From Heterodontus francisci (lineage: Eukaryota), in contig NC_090404.1 in assembly GCF_036365525.1 (NCBI RefSeq), positions 27,302,149 through 27,366,148 on the forward strand: a stretch of DNA of 64,000 nucleotides. The letters are read 5' to 3'. This document shows, piece after piece, positions 1 to 13,199 of the stretch (its first letter is position 1; every line of letters starts with the position of its first letter). The notes beneath the pieces are model-generated. The model was not told where the DNA came from. It ran no database searches and was given only the letters and a program-made list of their open reading frames with translations. The position numbers were made by a program, and so were the translations under genes.

Positions 1-150
1 CGATTCTGAGTCATCAGAGTGAAATATTTCAACATCTATCTGTGATCTACCTGTCCAGCCTGGTTTCTAAAACCGGTCTAATTGTCTGCCTCTTGTAGAA
101 ATGGTGAGATGTGAGGGTTTGTCATTTATCTCTTAATCCGTATCACTTAA

Positions 151-320
151 AAAGAAAACAGATTATCTGGTCATTATCACTTTGCTGTTTGTGGCATCTT
201 GTTGTGCACAAATTGGCTGCCACGTTTCTTATTTTACAACAGTCACTACATTCAAAAGTATTTCATTTGCTATAAAACACCTTAGGAAGTCATGATAGGC
301 GCTATATAAATGCAAGTCTC
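151..320 (+). mobile_element. Deu-domain SINE (SacSINE/AmnSINE-like), 3' part
   Basis: Contains ACAGATTATCTGGTCATTATCAC...AAATTGGCTGCC...GGCGCTATATAAATGCAAGTCT, the typical 3' tail of this family. A second copy lies at about 41030-41210. Confidence 0.7.
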
Positions 321-1919
321 TCTATATATGTATCGTGCCTCTGCCATCTCCTACCCTGCACCATCGAGTGCCGAGATCTTATCTTCTCTGGTTTATTGAA
401 TTGTCAAACAACTCTCTCATTTTATCCTCAATACCTTCACTTTTTTTGTTTATCTCATCTTCTAACATCAGTTCCACCCTGTTAATGTCCCTGGTAAATA
501 TGGAGGTCAATTAATTATTCAATATTGTGATCATTTTGCTGTCATTACCTGTGAGTTTATCCTGTACATGCCTGAGTGTCCTTATCACTGTCCTGACTTT
601 TCCTCTATTGTTCCAGTGTGTGTGGAGTATTTTATTATTTCTAGTTATCCCTCCTTGTTCAGAACTCTGCAATCAGATAGTTTCACTCTATCACACCAAT
701 CAATGCACTAAATCTTAAATGCCTCGGTGATATCACCTTGAAGCCTCTATACTAAAAGACTGAGCCCTTGCAGTTTCATTGAGAAACTTTTAGACTCCCT
801 GAAGCCATGAGAAAAGGTTCCTGAAAGTTGTGGTGAAGGCCGATGTGTGTGGAAACGGCTGACGTTTCAGGAGTGCAGGAGAAAATCTGTGTGTGAGAAG
901 AGCACAGAAAAGTTGTCGAGCTGTGCCCTTAAGGCAATTTAAAAAAAACTGTTATTGTGGAAGCATAGAATTAAAGACAGGCAGTGCTGTCCTGAAAACA
1001 TTCTACAAACTCATCCTATAGACCACTCCTGCCAATTTCCTTGTCCCAGTCTAAATGAAGATTAAAGTCCCCCACAATTATTACAGTGACTTTGTTACAT
1101 ACTTCAACAATTTCTTGTTTAATGCTCTGTCCAACAGTATAACTACTGTTAGGGGGCCTATAAACAACTCACACCAGTGTTTTACGATTCTTGCTATCCT
1201 TAATTGCCACGCATGCTGATTCGACTACATGATCTTTTGAGGCCAGATTCTTTCTCACTAATGTCCTTAAGTCATCATTTATTAGCAGGGCTACACATCC
1301 TCCTTGTTCATTCTGTCTGTCTTTCTGAAATATTGTGTACCCTGGAATACTTATTTACCAACCTTGATCAGCATGTAACCATGTCTCTGTAATGTTGATT
1401 AGATCTAAATCATTTACCTCTATTTGCGCCACTAGCTCAGCTATCTTATTGCTGATGCCTATTGCATTCAGATGAAAAATGTTTTTTTTTTTACTTCCAT
1501 TACCTGCAATGACCTTCTTTACTGATGTACTTTTTTTTAAAACTCTCTGTCCCTTCCTTTCCCATTCTGCTTGTCTTTACCCACGATGCTATACTGGTCC
1601 GGTGCCAGATATGTGGCTGGAAGCTCATCTTGAGGTTACACAGGCACCATGGTTGCAAAACATTTGGTTTAATCGCAGGGACAGGGATGAAGCCGGATGC
1701 TAGGGAATGGATTGTGGAGTGGAGACAGAACACAATGCCTTCAGCCTGCTGAAATTAAATTGGAGGAACTTTCTGCTCATCCTCCACCATGTAAGTAGGT
1801 TTGGGTAGCTGGATTTTAGCTTAACTTACCATTTTCACACTGTCTCCTCTGCAATAACTTGACAAGGTCAGGTACGCCATCTTATTACTAATACATGAGC
1901 AAAGAATTCATTTTTGTGT

Positions 1920-2280
1920 GGGCGGCACAGTGGCGCAGTGGTTAGCATCACAGCCTCACAGCTCCAGTGACCCGGGTTCATTTTTGGGTGCTGCCTGTGT
2001 GGAGTTTGCAAGTTCTCCCTGTGTCTGCGTGGGTTTTCGCTGGGTCCTCCAGTTTCCTCCCACCACCAAAGACCTGCAGGTTGATAGGTAAATTGGCCAT
2101 TATAAATTGCCCCTAGTATAGGTAGGTGGTAGGGGAATGTAGCGACAGGTGGGGATATGGTAGGAATATGGGATTGGTGTAGCATTAGTATAAATGGGTG
2201 GTTGATGGTCGGCACAGACTCGGTGGGCCGACGGGCCTGTTTCAGTGCTGTATCTCTCAATAAAAAAAAAAATAAACAAA
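1920..2280 (+). mobile_element. HE1-type tRNA-derived V-SINE, full length
   Basis: Head GGGCGGCACAGTGGCGCAGTGGTTAGC, central GTGTCTGCGTGGGTTT...GTTTCCTCCCAC, LINE-derived tail GGCACAGACTCGGTGGGCCG...GTGCTGTATCTCT, then an A-rich end. Confidence 0.9.
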
Positions 2281-2492
2281 TAGCGTGGGTAGCAACTGAC
2301 ATCACAGGATCTGGATGAACCATTAGGCAAACTGCAAGGTGGTTTCGTGCCCAATAAGGGTTCAAAAGAACAGCTATGTAACATAAGAAGCAGCACGAAA
2401 AATCCACAGGACAGAAGAAGAGAATCTTCAGTCAACAGAGCACAGCAAGAGAAAGACAGACCGTGCCAGTCCCTCGGAGGGCTACTGCTATG

Positions 2493-2665
2493 TTTTTTTT
2501 AAATAGAGATACAGCACTGAAACAGGCCCTTCGGCCCACCGAGTCTGTGCCAACCGACAACCACCCATTTATACTAACCCTACAGTAATCCCATATTCCC
2601 TATCACCTCCCTACACTAGGGGCAATTTACAACAGCCAATTTACCTATCACCTGCAAGTCTTTGG
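2493..2665 (-). mobile_element. HE1-type SINE, 3' half
   Basis: Reverse complement of the tail seen at 2100-2260 (AGAGATACAGCACTGAAACAGGCCCTTCGGCCCACCGAGTCTGTGCC). Confidence 0.85.
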
Positions 2666-2853
2666 TCTGAGGAACAAACTGTGACTATTGTCTTTTTTAA
2701 GTGTTACTTCTTTGCACTGAACATAGGTTACTTAATAGATCTGCTACACTTATAGCAAACGTATACCTGCACCCATAGTGGTTTGCTGTAGTCACAAATA
2801 AATCTCCCTAGTTGGATTTAATTGAATCCTGAAACTTGCTGCAAACCTATAAT

Positions 2854-2868
2854 TGGCGACCCAGATGG
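2854..2868 (+). other. Putative LTR-element primer binding site (tRNA-Arg)
   Basis: TGGCGACCCAGATGG is complementary to the 3' end of vertebrate tRNA-Arg(CCG) (...CCATCTGGGTCGCCA). AATAAA lies about 55 nt upstream, and the CR1 tail begins immediately after. Confidence 0.5.
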
Positions 2869-5800
2869 TCATAAGAACTAGGAGCAGAAATAGGCAATTC
2901 AGCCCCTTGAGCCTGCTCCGCAATTCAATACGATCATGGCTGATCTCATCTCGGCCTCAACTCCACTTTCCTGCCCGTTCTCCTTAACCCTTCAATCCTT
3001 TACTAATTAAAAATCTGTCTATCTCCTCCTTAAACATACTCAATGTCCCGGCATCCACCGCACTCTGGGGTAGTGAATTTCATCGACTCTCGACCCTTTG
3101 AGAGAAGTAATTTCTCCTCATTTCTGTTTTAAATTTGATACCCCTTATCCTAAAACTATGACCTCTCGTTCTAGATTTCCCCACAAGAGGAAACATCCTC
3201 TCTACGTCTACTTTGCCAATCCCCTTGATCATCTTATATACCTCAATTAGATCTCCTCTAATTCTTCTAAATTCTAGAGAGTAAAGGCCTAATGTGCTCA
3301 ATCTCTCTTCATAAAACAAATCCCTCATCCCTAGAATCAATCTAGTGAACCTTCTCTGAACTGTCTCCAATGCAACCAAATCCCTCCTCAAGTAAGGGGA
3401 CCAAAACTGTACGCAATACTCCAGGTGCGGTCTCACTAATGCCTTGTACAGTTGCAGCCACACTTCCCTACTTTTATATTTTATTCCTTTAGCAATAAAT
3501 GCCAAAATTCCATTTGTCTTCATTATTACCTGCTATATCTGCATACTAGCTTTCTGTGATTCATGCACGAGGACACCCAGATCCATCAGCACAGAAGCAT
3601 TCTGAAATTTCTCTCCATTTAGATAAAAATTTGCCTTTCTATTCTTCCGACTAAAGTGGATAACCTCACACTTATCCACGTTAAACTCCATCTGCTAAAT
3701 TTTGGTCCATTCACCTAACCTATCCATATCCATTTGTAAACTTTTATTTCTTTATTGCAACTTACTATCCCTCCTATTTTAGTGTCATCTGCAAATTTTG
3801 CTATAGTACCTTCTATCCCTGAATCCACGTCATTAATATATATTGTAAATAGTTGGGGCCCAAGGACCGAAGCATGTGGCATCCCACTGGTTACATCTTA
3901 CCAACCAGAAAAAGACCCATTTATCCCGATTCTCTGTTTTCTGTTGGTTAGCCAATCTTCTATCCAAGCTAATAAATTGCCCCTAACCCCATGTGATCTT
4001 ATCTTGTGTATTAACCTTTTGTGCAGCACCTTATCAAATGCCTTCTGGAAGTCCAGATATACTACATCTACAGGATCCCCATTATTCACTTTGCTTGTTA
4101 CAACTTCGATGAACTCTAGCAAATTAGTCAAACACGATTTACCCTTCATAAAACCATGCTGACTCTGATGGATTGCGTTTTGACTTTCTAAATTTCCTGT
4201 TATTACTTCCTTAATAATGGATTCTAACAATTTCCCAAAAACAGATGTTAAACTAACTGGTCTGTAGTTTCCTACTTTCTGCCTCCCTCCTTTTTTGAAT
4301 AACGGTGTTATATCAGCATTTTTCCAATCCATTGGAACCTTTCCCGCATCCAGAGTACTTTGGAATATTATAACCAATGGATTCACTATCTCCACTGCCA
4401 CTTCCTTTGGGACGCTAGGATGTAGGCCATCAGGCCCTGGGGACTTGTCTGCCTTCAATCCCAATCGTTTGCTCAGTACTTTTTCCGAGTGATGATGATT
4501 TAACTAAGTTCTTTTCTTTCTATGATCTCTGCATTTCCTTTTACTATTGGGATGGTGCTAGTGTCATCCGCTGTAAAAACTGAGGCAAAATACTGATTTA
4601 GTGTCTCCACAATTTCCGTGTTCCCCTCTATTAACTCCCCAGTCTCAACTTCCAAAGGACCAACATTCATTTTAGCTACTCGCTTACCTTTTATATACTT
4701 AAAGATGGTTTTTTCTATCCGTTTTTATATTTTGCGCTAGTTTTCTTTCATAATTTACCTTTGCTCTTTTTATTACCTTTTTAATAACCCTTTGTTGATC
4801 TTTAAAATTTTCCCAATCTTCCAGCCTGACACTGGCCTTTGTAATACAGTATGCCTTAGTTTTTGTCTTTATGTTATCCTTAACTTCCTTGCTTAGCCAT
4901 GGATGATTTTCCCCCTCTTAGAATCTTTCTTCCTCTCTGGAATATATTTTAGTTGGGAGGAATTGAATATCACCTTAAAAATCGGCCACTGCTCATCAAC
5001 TGTTCTACCTTTTAGTTTTCCTGCTCAGTACACTAGGGCCAAATCTGTCCTCATGCCTAAACCTTTGTTTAACTCCAGAACGCTCATGTGGGACTCCAGT
5101 TTCTCCCCCTCAAGGTGATTTTGAAATTTTAGCATGCTATGATCACTCTTTCCTAGAGGATCCTTAACTATGAGACCATTAATTAATCCCACCTCATTAA
5201 ACAATACCAAATCTAGAATAGCCTGCTTCCTGGTTGGTTCCACAACATATTGCTCCAAGAACAATCTCTAATACCTTCAATGAACTCTCTCTCGAGGCTA
5301 CCCTTGTCAATTTGATTAATCCAGTCTATATGCATAATAAAATCACCCATGATTATTGCAGTACCTTTCTTACAAGCCCCCAGTATTTCCTGGTTAATAC
5401 TGTGCCCCACTGCAGAACTACTGTTTGGGGACCTATAGATTACTACAACCAGGGACTTCTTTCCCTTGCTATTTTTTATTTCTACCCAGACTGATTCTAC
5501 GCCTTGATCTCCAGTGCCTAGATCGTTTCTCACCAAAGCACTGAGTTCGTCCTTTACTAACAAAGCTACACCACCTCCTTTTCCTTCCTGCCTATCCTTC
5601 CGAAATAGTGAGTACCCTTGAATATTCAATTCCCAAACTTGGTTTCCCTGCAGCCACTTCAGATACAAAGCCTTTAAGTTTGTTCTATTATCAAATTTCC
5701 CAACTCTTGTATGATTCCTTTGTGCAATATGACGTTCACACGTTCTATCCCGTCCTTTTATTTTCTGGTAACAATCAGCCTCATCGCTAACCTGCACTCC

Positions 5801-6650
5801 GACCTTCTCCTTTAACTTTGACTTCCTAATTTTCCATGTAACCGAACCCTCCTCCCCACCCACCACCCCCCCCACCCACCCCCCGCCCACTCCACTATTT
5901 AGTTTAAAGCCTTATCTACGGCCCTAGTGATGCGATTCACCAGGACTCTGGTCCCAGCATTATTCAGGTGGAGCCCGTCCCATCGGAACTGCTCTCTCCT
6001 TCCCCAGTACTGGTGCCAATGTCCCACGAATACCAACCCAATTCTCCCAATCCAATCTTTGAGCCACGCATTTACCTCTTTAATCTTATTGACTCTGTGC
6101 CAATTAGCTCGTGGCTCAGGTAGTAATCCGGAGATAATTACCTTTTTGGTTCTGCTTTTTAATTTAGCCCCAGCTACTCATATTCCCTCAGCAGAACCTC
6201 TATCCTAGTTCTACCTATTTCCTTGGTACCCACGTGGACCAAGACAACTGGATCTTTCCCCTCCCACTCCAAGTTTCTCTGCAGCCCACAAGAGATATCC
6301 TGAACCTTGGCACCAGGCAGGCAACACAGCCTTCGGGACTCTCGATCTTGGCCACAGAGAACAGTGTCTATGCCCCTAAATATGCTATCCCTGAATACGA
6401 CTACATTGCTCTTTTCTCCCCCCATTTGATTGGCTCCCAGTACCACGGTGCGATAGTCAGTTTGCTCATCCTCCCTACAGTCCCTGCTCTCGTTCACACA
6501 AAGAGCAAGAATCTCGAAGCTGTTGGACAAGGACAAGGGCTGAGGCTCCTGCAACACTACCTCCTGGATCCCTCTACCTGCCTCATTCATAGTCACACCC
6601 TTTTGTCCCTGACCACTGGCCGAATTCAAGGTATTCTGACATTCGGAGGA
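2869..6650 (-). mobile_element. CR1 LINE, near full length but frameshifted: ORF1 esterase plus ORF2 endonuclease/RT
   Basis: ORF 6174-6722 resembles the SGNH esterase of CR1 ORF1 (VVVFRDSIFRG...VLVHVGT). ORFs 5213-5890 and 5025-5264 are endonuclease (IIMGDF, LDLVL). ORF 3898-4464 is RT (KSPGPDG, NYRPVSLTS, YLDFQKAFDKV). ORF 3080-3523 is the C-terminus (LVRPHLEYCVQFWSP). The 3' tail is at about 2869-3000. Confidence 0.92.
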
Positions 6651-6755
6651 AACATATGACAGCACATGAAATCTGCCCAGAGACAAGCCAGATGTCTTTG
6701 TTACCATGAGAACAAGGAACACAGATTAAAGGCCCTTTTGAAAGCAGGGTGCAAC

Positions 6756-7544
6756 GTTGCAACTCCTAAAAGACAGTGTGTTTTTCTCTCCCAGGTTTCC
6801 AGGGACTCTACAATGCAGTTTTGAGTTGCACTTTGTCACATTTGGAAACAAAGGAAGGACCAGGCGATTTTGTTATGATCAGACATATCGTCTGTGAGAA
6901 TTGTCAAAGGCAAATAACCATTGACTTTTATCCAGATTAATTCACCAGGCTTTCCTAGGTCTGAAATTGAAAGTAAGACCAGCAGTCTGATGCTCAATCT
7001 AAACAGAAAGAAAGAGAGAGAGAGAGAGAGAGAGACCAGTGGGCTGTTTTCTGGAGAACCAGCTGCTCTCAACTCATTGATACAACAAAAGGTTGCTTAG
7101 ATTTGAATCCAGTGTGAATGTTCGAGGATTTCAGAGGAAAAAAGACCACCAGAGATTGCCTTATACGGAAGTCCAGTAGAATGTGCTTGGAAGAAGTAAG
7201 CAAAGAGGACTTTGGCTTTGAGAAGGACACTGGGAGATCTAGCCCACTGCAACTGGGAGGAGTTTGGGACTTTTAAGTGCAAATATACCTTTTCACTGAG
7301 AACACTGTGCAATGTACAAATGTAGTGTGGGGTTTTCGAACGTGTTAATAAGTTAATGGGAAATATATTTGTCTGTAATTTAAGGCATTAGCTACCCATT
7401 AAATGTAATTTGCTTATCTTTTTTTTAGTTTAGTTGTTATATTAAAAGTCATAAAACGTTAAACCTTGTCGTGTAATTCTTTAATTCGTCGGGGAAGTTT
7501 ATATCTTTTGTTTTAAAGTTAGCAGCCTCGACTGAAGTTGCAAC
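6756..7544. mobile_element. Possible solo LTR, about 790 bp
   Basis: 9-bp terminal inverted repeat GTTGCAACT...AGTTGCAAC, internal (GA)n and ATTAAA near the end. No clear target-site duplication. Confidence 0.35.
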
Positions 7545-7599
7545 CCTATGCACTCGAATTGGAAGCAAGCAACTAGTGGTGGCCACAGGAATATGTTCA

Positions 7600-8495
7600 C
7601 AGGCCTCAACTTCTCACGATATTTGTTAATAACTTTGATACCACAATTGAAAGACATGTATGCGTTATGCAAATGATACTAAGATTGTTGGCATTTTTAG
7701 TAGTATAGACAGGAGCATAAAATTGTAAAGAGACTTTGACTGAGTGAGTGGGCAAAACTGTGATAACTGAGGTACGTGTGAGGTTTTCCATTTTGGGCCA
7801 CAAATGGATAGATCTGAATATTGCTTAAATGGTGAAAAGCGAGGAACAGTGAAAGTTCGAAGAGATTTAGAGCTCTGTGTATACTGATCAGTAAAATGTA
7901 GCAGTCGTTTACTAAAATAATCAACATGGTTAATGGTTTATTATCAGACAGATAGAATATAAAGGTTTCGCGTTAGCTATATAAAGCCTTCGTTTCACCA
8001 CATCTGCAGCACTGTGTACAGTTCTGGCTTCTACACCTTAGAAATAATTTATTGGCTTTGGAAGGATTCTCCAGAATGTTAGCAGGCTTGTTAGTTGGCT
8101 GTTATTCGATTGAACATGAAAAGTTAATTGGTGATTTAATCGAGTTTCTTAGGAATTTGAAAGGAATTGATTGGGTCAGTGGAGGAAACGTTTTCTGCTG
8201 ATATGGGAGTCTTGCATAAAAGGATATCATCGTAAAATTAGGGCCAAATCATACAGGAGAGGTTAGGAAACAGTTTCATACAAAGGATGGTAGAAGTGTG
8301 AATCGGCCACTCACAGAAATCAGTGGATGTTAGCTCAATTAATCTGAGATCAATAGAGGTTTCCTGGATAAGGACAGGGAAACCGAGTCAAGACAAGTGC
8401 AAAGAGTTAGGATATAGATCGGCTAAGATCATGCTGAATGGCAGAACAGAGTTCATGGGCTGAAGGAACTATTTGTTTTCCTCTATTCCTATATT
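7600..8495 (+). mobile_element. Old CR1 LINE 3' fragment
   Basis: Degenerate RT/C-terminal sequence (GATGATACTAAG, CAGTTCTGG) and a CR1-type 3' UTR ending GAATGGCAGAACAG...CTATTCCTAT. Confidence 0.65.
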
Positions 8496-8537
8496 GCATT
8501 TGCCGTGCTGCCTTCCATTTAATCCAGAGTCCGACAA

Positions 8538-9170
8538 GACTGACCCTTTAACCCATGAAATGACCTTACACCCACAACACTGACCCTATAACGCATTTAC
8601 ATGCCTTATACCACAATAATGACCCTATAATACATATTGACCTTACAACTGCAATGCCGACCCTATAACACATATACAGGCCCTTTCCTGCAATACTGAC
8701 CCTATAAAACACATTCTAACATGATAATTACAATACTGATCCTATAACCCATATAATGACCTTATACCCACAATCCTACCCCATACTGCAAGTTCTCCCT
8801 GTGTCTGCGTGGGTTTTCGCCGGGTGCTCCGGTTTCCTCCCACATCCAAAGACTTGCAGGTGATAGGTAAATTGGCCGGTATAAAATTGCCCCTAGTGTC
8901 GGGAGGTGATAGGGAATATGGGATTACTGTAGGGTTAGTATAAATGGGTGGTTGTTGGTCGGCACAGACTCGGTGGGCCGAAGGGCCTGTTTCAGTGCTG
9001 TATCTCTAAATAAAAAAATAAAATAACACAAATACTGACATTATACACACAAACGGACTCTATAACCCATATACAGAATTTATGCCCATATTATTCACCG
9101 TATAGCCCAAAATTGGCCATACAGTATCCCAACATTGATCCTACACAAATCATAGATTGAGTTTATAGCA
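8538..9170 (+). repeat. Degenerate 20-21-bp tandem array (ACTGACCCTATAACCCACAAT-like), interrupted by a SINE
   Basis: TGACCCTATA/TGACCTTATA recurs about every 20-21 nt at 8540-8785 and 9030-9150. Confidence 0.75.
8787..9025 (+). mobile_element. HE1-type SINE, 5'-truncated
   Basis: Matches 2008-2270. Confidence 0.88.
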
Positions 9171-9892
9171 TTACAAAACTGGCTTATAATTTCCATAAAC
9201 TTTCATCATTACAAAACTAAACTGATCCTGTTGCCAGCCAAAAGCAGAGCTGGAGTGGAACTGCTTCACCTCGCAAGCTCTTGCAACAGTAATTGATGGT
9301 CTGGAAATATAATCAATTTGCAGCCAATGGGTGACCTGTGATGCTTCCAAAAGATAAGAATTCTCGGGTAAAGTTACAATCAAGTAGAAATAAACAAAGA
9401 GTTGGAAAGGGAGGAAAAGGTAGAGAAATAAAAGAAAAGGAGGAAGTAAGGGAGAGAGGTAAAGTGTTAGAGGGACCCCATCATATGGGACTGGAGTCAT
9501 ATGTGGACCCGGGCCGGGTCGGGTGGAAAGTTCCATTCCTAAATGATGTTACTGAAGCAGTTGGGTGCATGTCAAACTCCAGCGGCTTTTCACGAGCATC
9601 TTCTGCTGCCAACTAAAAATTAACCAGAATTTAATTTAATTTAATTTCCCAACTCCTAACCGTGTTATTGGAACTCTTGGTTGTCATCTCAGTACCATAT
9701 CCATTCGGCTACTGTACCCGCATTTCAGGGACATCTCACGTTATGCATATTATAGCCGAAACTAGAATGTAAATAGCCAGTTCAGACACTGTTCTAATAT
9801 TGAATAACCTTTCAGTTCCTCTTTACTGTAACTGAAAACTGAGACAGTAATACAGCAACAAATTATTCAGCCGTTTTCACTGTTTATGCCAT

Positions 9893-10788
9893 TTAGGAAT
9901 TATATTGAAGGAGTATTTTTACCGCATCCTTCAGCTCCTTTCTGAATTTAGTCTGTGACCCTGCATAAATACACGTGTTGGTACAGGAACTAAAGAGTTG
10001 AAGCATGTATCCACTTTCCTGCAGAATAAACTTTGGGTCATTGGAATTTGAACCTGTAGAATAGTTATTGTCTGTAATTTGCACAAATAGGAAATTTACA
10101 ACATACGTCAACCACAACAGAAGGAAACTGCCCGAGATGAGGAAGAGTAAAACAATGGACTTTTTCCGGCTTTCCATCTCTGGGTCACTCTGTTTCTTTC
10201 CATTGCTGTGGACTCGGAGACTCCTGCGAGCTCTACTGGCCACTAGGATGTGTCTGACTGTCAGAGCATTGAGCAGCAAAATCAGGATGAACGGGAGACA
10301 TGGAGTTAGAATACAGTCCAGCCAGTCAAACACTCTCCATGGAAGTGAAACATAATAGCTTTCTTTGATGTTGCAGTACCAGGGTACATTATTAATTATA
10401 TAGATAGCATCATACATGAAGTAGAAAGGGATATTTTTGAAACAGCAAAGCACGCCGACCATTCCTACAACCACAGCCGCCGTTTTCTCAGTGCAGTATC
10501 TCATTTTCAGCTCCGGGCAACAAATGGCTATAAAGCGATCGAATGCAAATGCGACTGTTAACCAAACGGAACTGTCTGTGGAAGCGTAGCTTAGGACACT
10601 AACGAGGCTACAGCCCGGAGTGGAGGAAAGGAAACTGAATGGGAAATAAATAGCACAAAGACGACTTAATATCACAGCGGTGATAATAACCAGTAGATCT
10701 GTCACTGCCATGGATATCAGGTACCGAGTGATACATCCTGAGAGACCACACCTTCCTCGGGACAGAATCATAACTGTCACCAAGTTAG
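9893..10788 (-). CDS. GPR139/GPR142-like class A GPCR, exon 2 (second half of TM1 to C-terminus)
   Basis: Open 296-aa frame with multiple TM helices, MAVTDLLV (TM2), AFDRFIAIC (DRY-type), TPCLPF (TM5) and SSCTNTCIY (NPxxY variant). A phase-1 acceptor with a pyrimidine tract (…CCCCCAACAG|CTAAC) is at 10789/10788. Confidence 0.9.
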
Positions 10789-11819
10789 CTGTTGGGGGTG
10801 GGGAGGGAGGAAGAGACAGAGAAGGAGAGAATCAATGATCAGACTCACACGTACAACATCAGATTGGTGGGAGACTGCTTTAAAATTTACAACACTGATA
10901 CTTGATTTAATGATTGAAGCTGATTGGTTTACCGACGGATAACTTATGTGTACTAAAAATGATCGTCCCATATAAAACTGGGACCAGAAATATAAAATAA
11001 TATCTAAGATTTATTTTTATCTTCATGCAAAATTGATATATTATAGAAGTAGAAGGAACACTGCCATATTAAAGTGTTCGGTAGACAAAATTGTTGCACT
11101 TATCATTGTCCCAGAAGGACCAAAGGCATGTTTTAACCTGAGGATCAGCACTTTGCAAGCATGGGGAATGGTGAGGAGGTGGGAATCCACGACCTACCAA
11201 AGCCACTCAGCACTCTGCAAGCGTGGAGCAAGGCGAGGAGACAGGCCTCCATGAACTATTACAGCCAGCCAGCACTCTGCAAGCGCGGGGTAAGGCGAGA
11301 AGATAGGCCTCTATGAACTACCACAGCCGGTATAGGGGTTGAACCCACGCTGTTGGCATTTTTATGCATTATGTTCTAGCCTTCTAGCCAACTGACCTAA
11401 CCAACCCCCAAACACATAAAATTGAATGCCAAAATGACTCTTGTAATTAATAACGAAATATTCTGAATTCATATTTAAACATGGTAAATAATGACAATAA
11501 GTAATTAGCATGAAGTATAATGATACTAAAATCAAGTGAATGGTAGGAAGTAAAACACGTGTAATAACAACTTTAAAATAAATATCAGAAGCTATTAAGA
11601 AATGACAACACCTTAAATGAACGACATTGATACAGTGCAGGTTTGGCTCCTGTGGAAACAGGTCAAGGAACATCAGCAGTTCTTTTACAGTGCAGCGACT
11701 CCTGTAATGGAGGGAGATGTAGCGGCCAGTGAGGTCCTACAAACAGTAGTGAGAACATTGACAAATTCCTCTGCACTTACTTCCGGTGGTGTTTGGGGGA
11801 GGAATGCTGTTTTTGGGAC

Positions 11820-12015
11820 AAGGAGTAAGTAGTGCCCTTCCTCTAATCGTGTGATGGGATGCTTTACTCGTCGAAGCAGTTTACATCTCCTCCGAAGAAG
11901 GACAGATCAGACAGTGCTGCTCTCCCTCAGAAATTCACTGGGAGGGCACGGAGCTAGGTCATGGACTCAGGGCCTGGAGCATGGCTTGAATCCACGACCT
12001 TCAGAATGAAAACTG
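11820..12015 (-). mobile_element. Deu-domain SINE fragment in the GPCR intron
   Basis: Reverse complement reads GAAGGTCGTGGATTCAAG...CTGAGGGAGAGCAGCACTGTC. Confidence 0.55.
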
Positions 12016-12873
12016 AGTTCACAATATAATTCACCAGATAAAGTGGTTGAGTATGGGTGCAGTGAACTTCGGTTCTGGAGGATCTCACATGGCGTAGACA
12101 ATAAAATGTGTTTATTAGGAGAACGGACTGCACCAGTTAACGGTAACAGCGGACAGAAGGACTTATAGATAGTCTTCATAGCCGATCATAGTTGATAATG
12201 GTTTGGTAAAATCACTCAGTGCACAATGAACAACAACAAATATATGCAGTGTCAACAGAAAATGCTGGAAATACTTAGCAGGTCAATGGCAACATCTATG
12301 GAAACAGAAGCAGAAAATACATATAAACGGGTTCCAGTCTTTGCAATCTAGTTTCACATCCCTAGTCACAAAGTTCATTACAATGTCAAAGATATTATTA
12401 TATAATTTTAAACATTTCATTTTGCAATGATGTCCTCCAGAACTGCCTGAACCTTTTACATTTTTGGACAGCGGGCACTGGAAGAAAATCAACCTGGTTG
12501 TCAAAGTAGGTGGGAGATCCATGGAACTGTGAGGGGTAAACAAGTTATGAAAACTGATTCCAGAGCTGTGCGTAGACATAGATACATTTTAATAATATTT
12601 GGAAATTAAAGAACATTTTATAGAATAAACTTTCCTTACAATAATCCAGAAGAGAGCGCTATTGTAAAAGGCTTCTCTGTGTTATTAACTCAATGAGCTT
12701 CATATTTCAATCGACATAACAATGAACACACAGTGGAGAGCTGAGCTACTGCGTTGATTGAACTGAAAACTCAGAAGGTGATTGAGAGGGAAACAGGGCC
12801 AATATGATGATTGGCAGCGACTCAACAATGGCACATTGTTGTGTCCAGTTTCTCATTTACTGCAAAACTTTAC

Positions 12874-12943
12874 CTGGAACACCGAAAGCTGCAAGAACAG
12901 AGTAATAAATGGAAAATACCAGTCCATTTCCTGGTGCATGCAT
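12874..12943 (-). CDS. GPR139-like GPCR, exon 1 (MHAPGNGLVFSIYYSVLAAFGVP)
   Basis: ATG at 12943 and donor CCAG|GTAAAG in phase 1. Splicing across the 2085-nt intron gives ...FGVP-ANLVTVMIL..., which restores TM1 and a 321-aa protein. Confidence 0.85.
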
Positions 12944-12989
12944 TTTCTGTGCTGGTATACTTTGCCCTCTGAAATAAGCTCTTAACACA

Positions 12990-13075
12990 TTCACTTATAT
13001 CTGATATTCACCTCCAGAGAGTCAATTAGGTTGGATCATCAGAGCTGTTAGTTACAGTCACCTGAACAAACAAAT
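12990..13075 (-). promoter_or_regulatory. Putative core promoter of the GPCR gene
   Basis: The minus strand reads TGTTTGTTCAGGTGACTGTAACTAACA...CTAATTG...ATCAGATATAAG, with the TATA-like element about 50 nt upstream of the ATG. The block is conserved at 44098-44176. Confidence 0.6.
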
Positions 13076-13199
13076 TAATGTTAACGTGATAGAAAGTAAT
13101 TGAACTGAAAACTCACTAGTTTAGAATGCAATCCATTTGAAGTGATAAAACACGGTTTTAAGATGCAACAGATGCATTTTCGTGATGAGAAATGGTTTT

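Noticed and set aside
1920-1990. tRNA gene
   Set aside because: It is the tRNA-derived head of an HE1 SINE, continuous with the SINE body.
1868-2407. 179-aa ORF and many similar short ORFs in the track
   Set aside because: These are antisense or off-frame readings of SINEs, LINEs and real genes.
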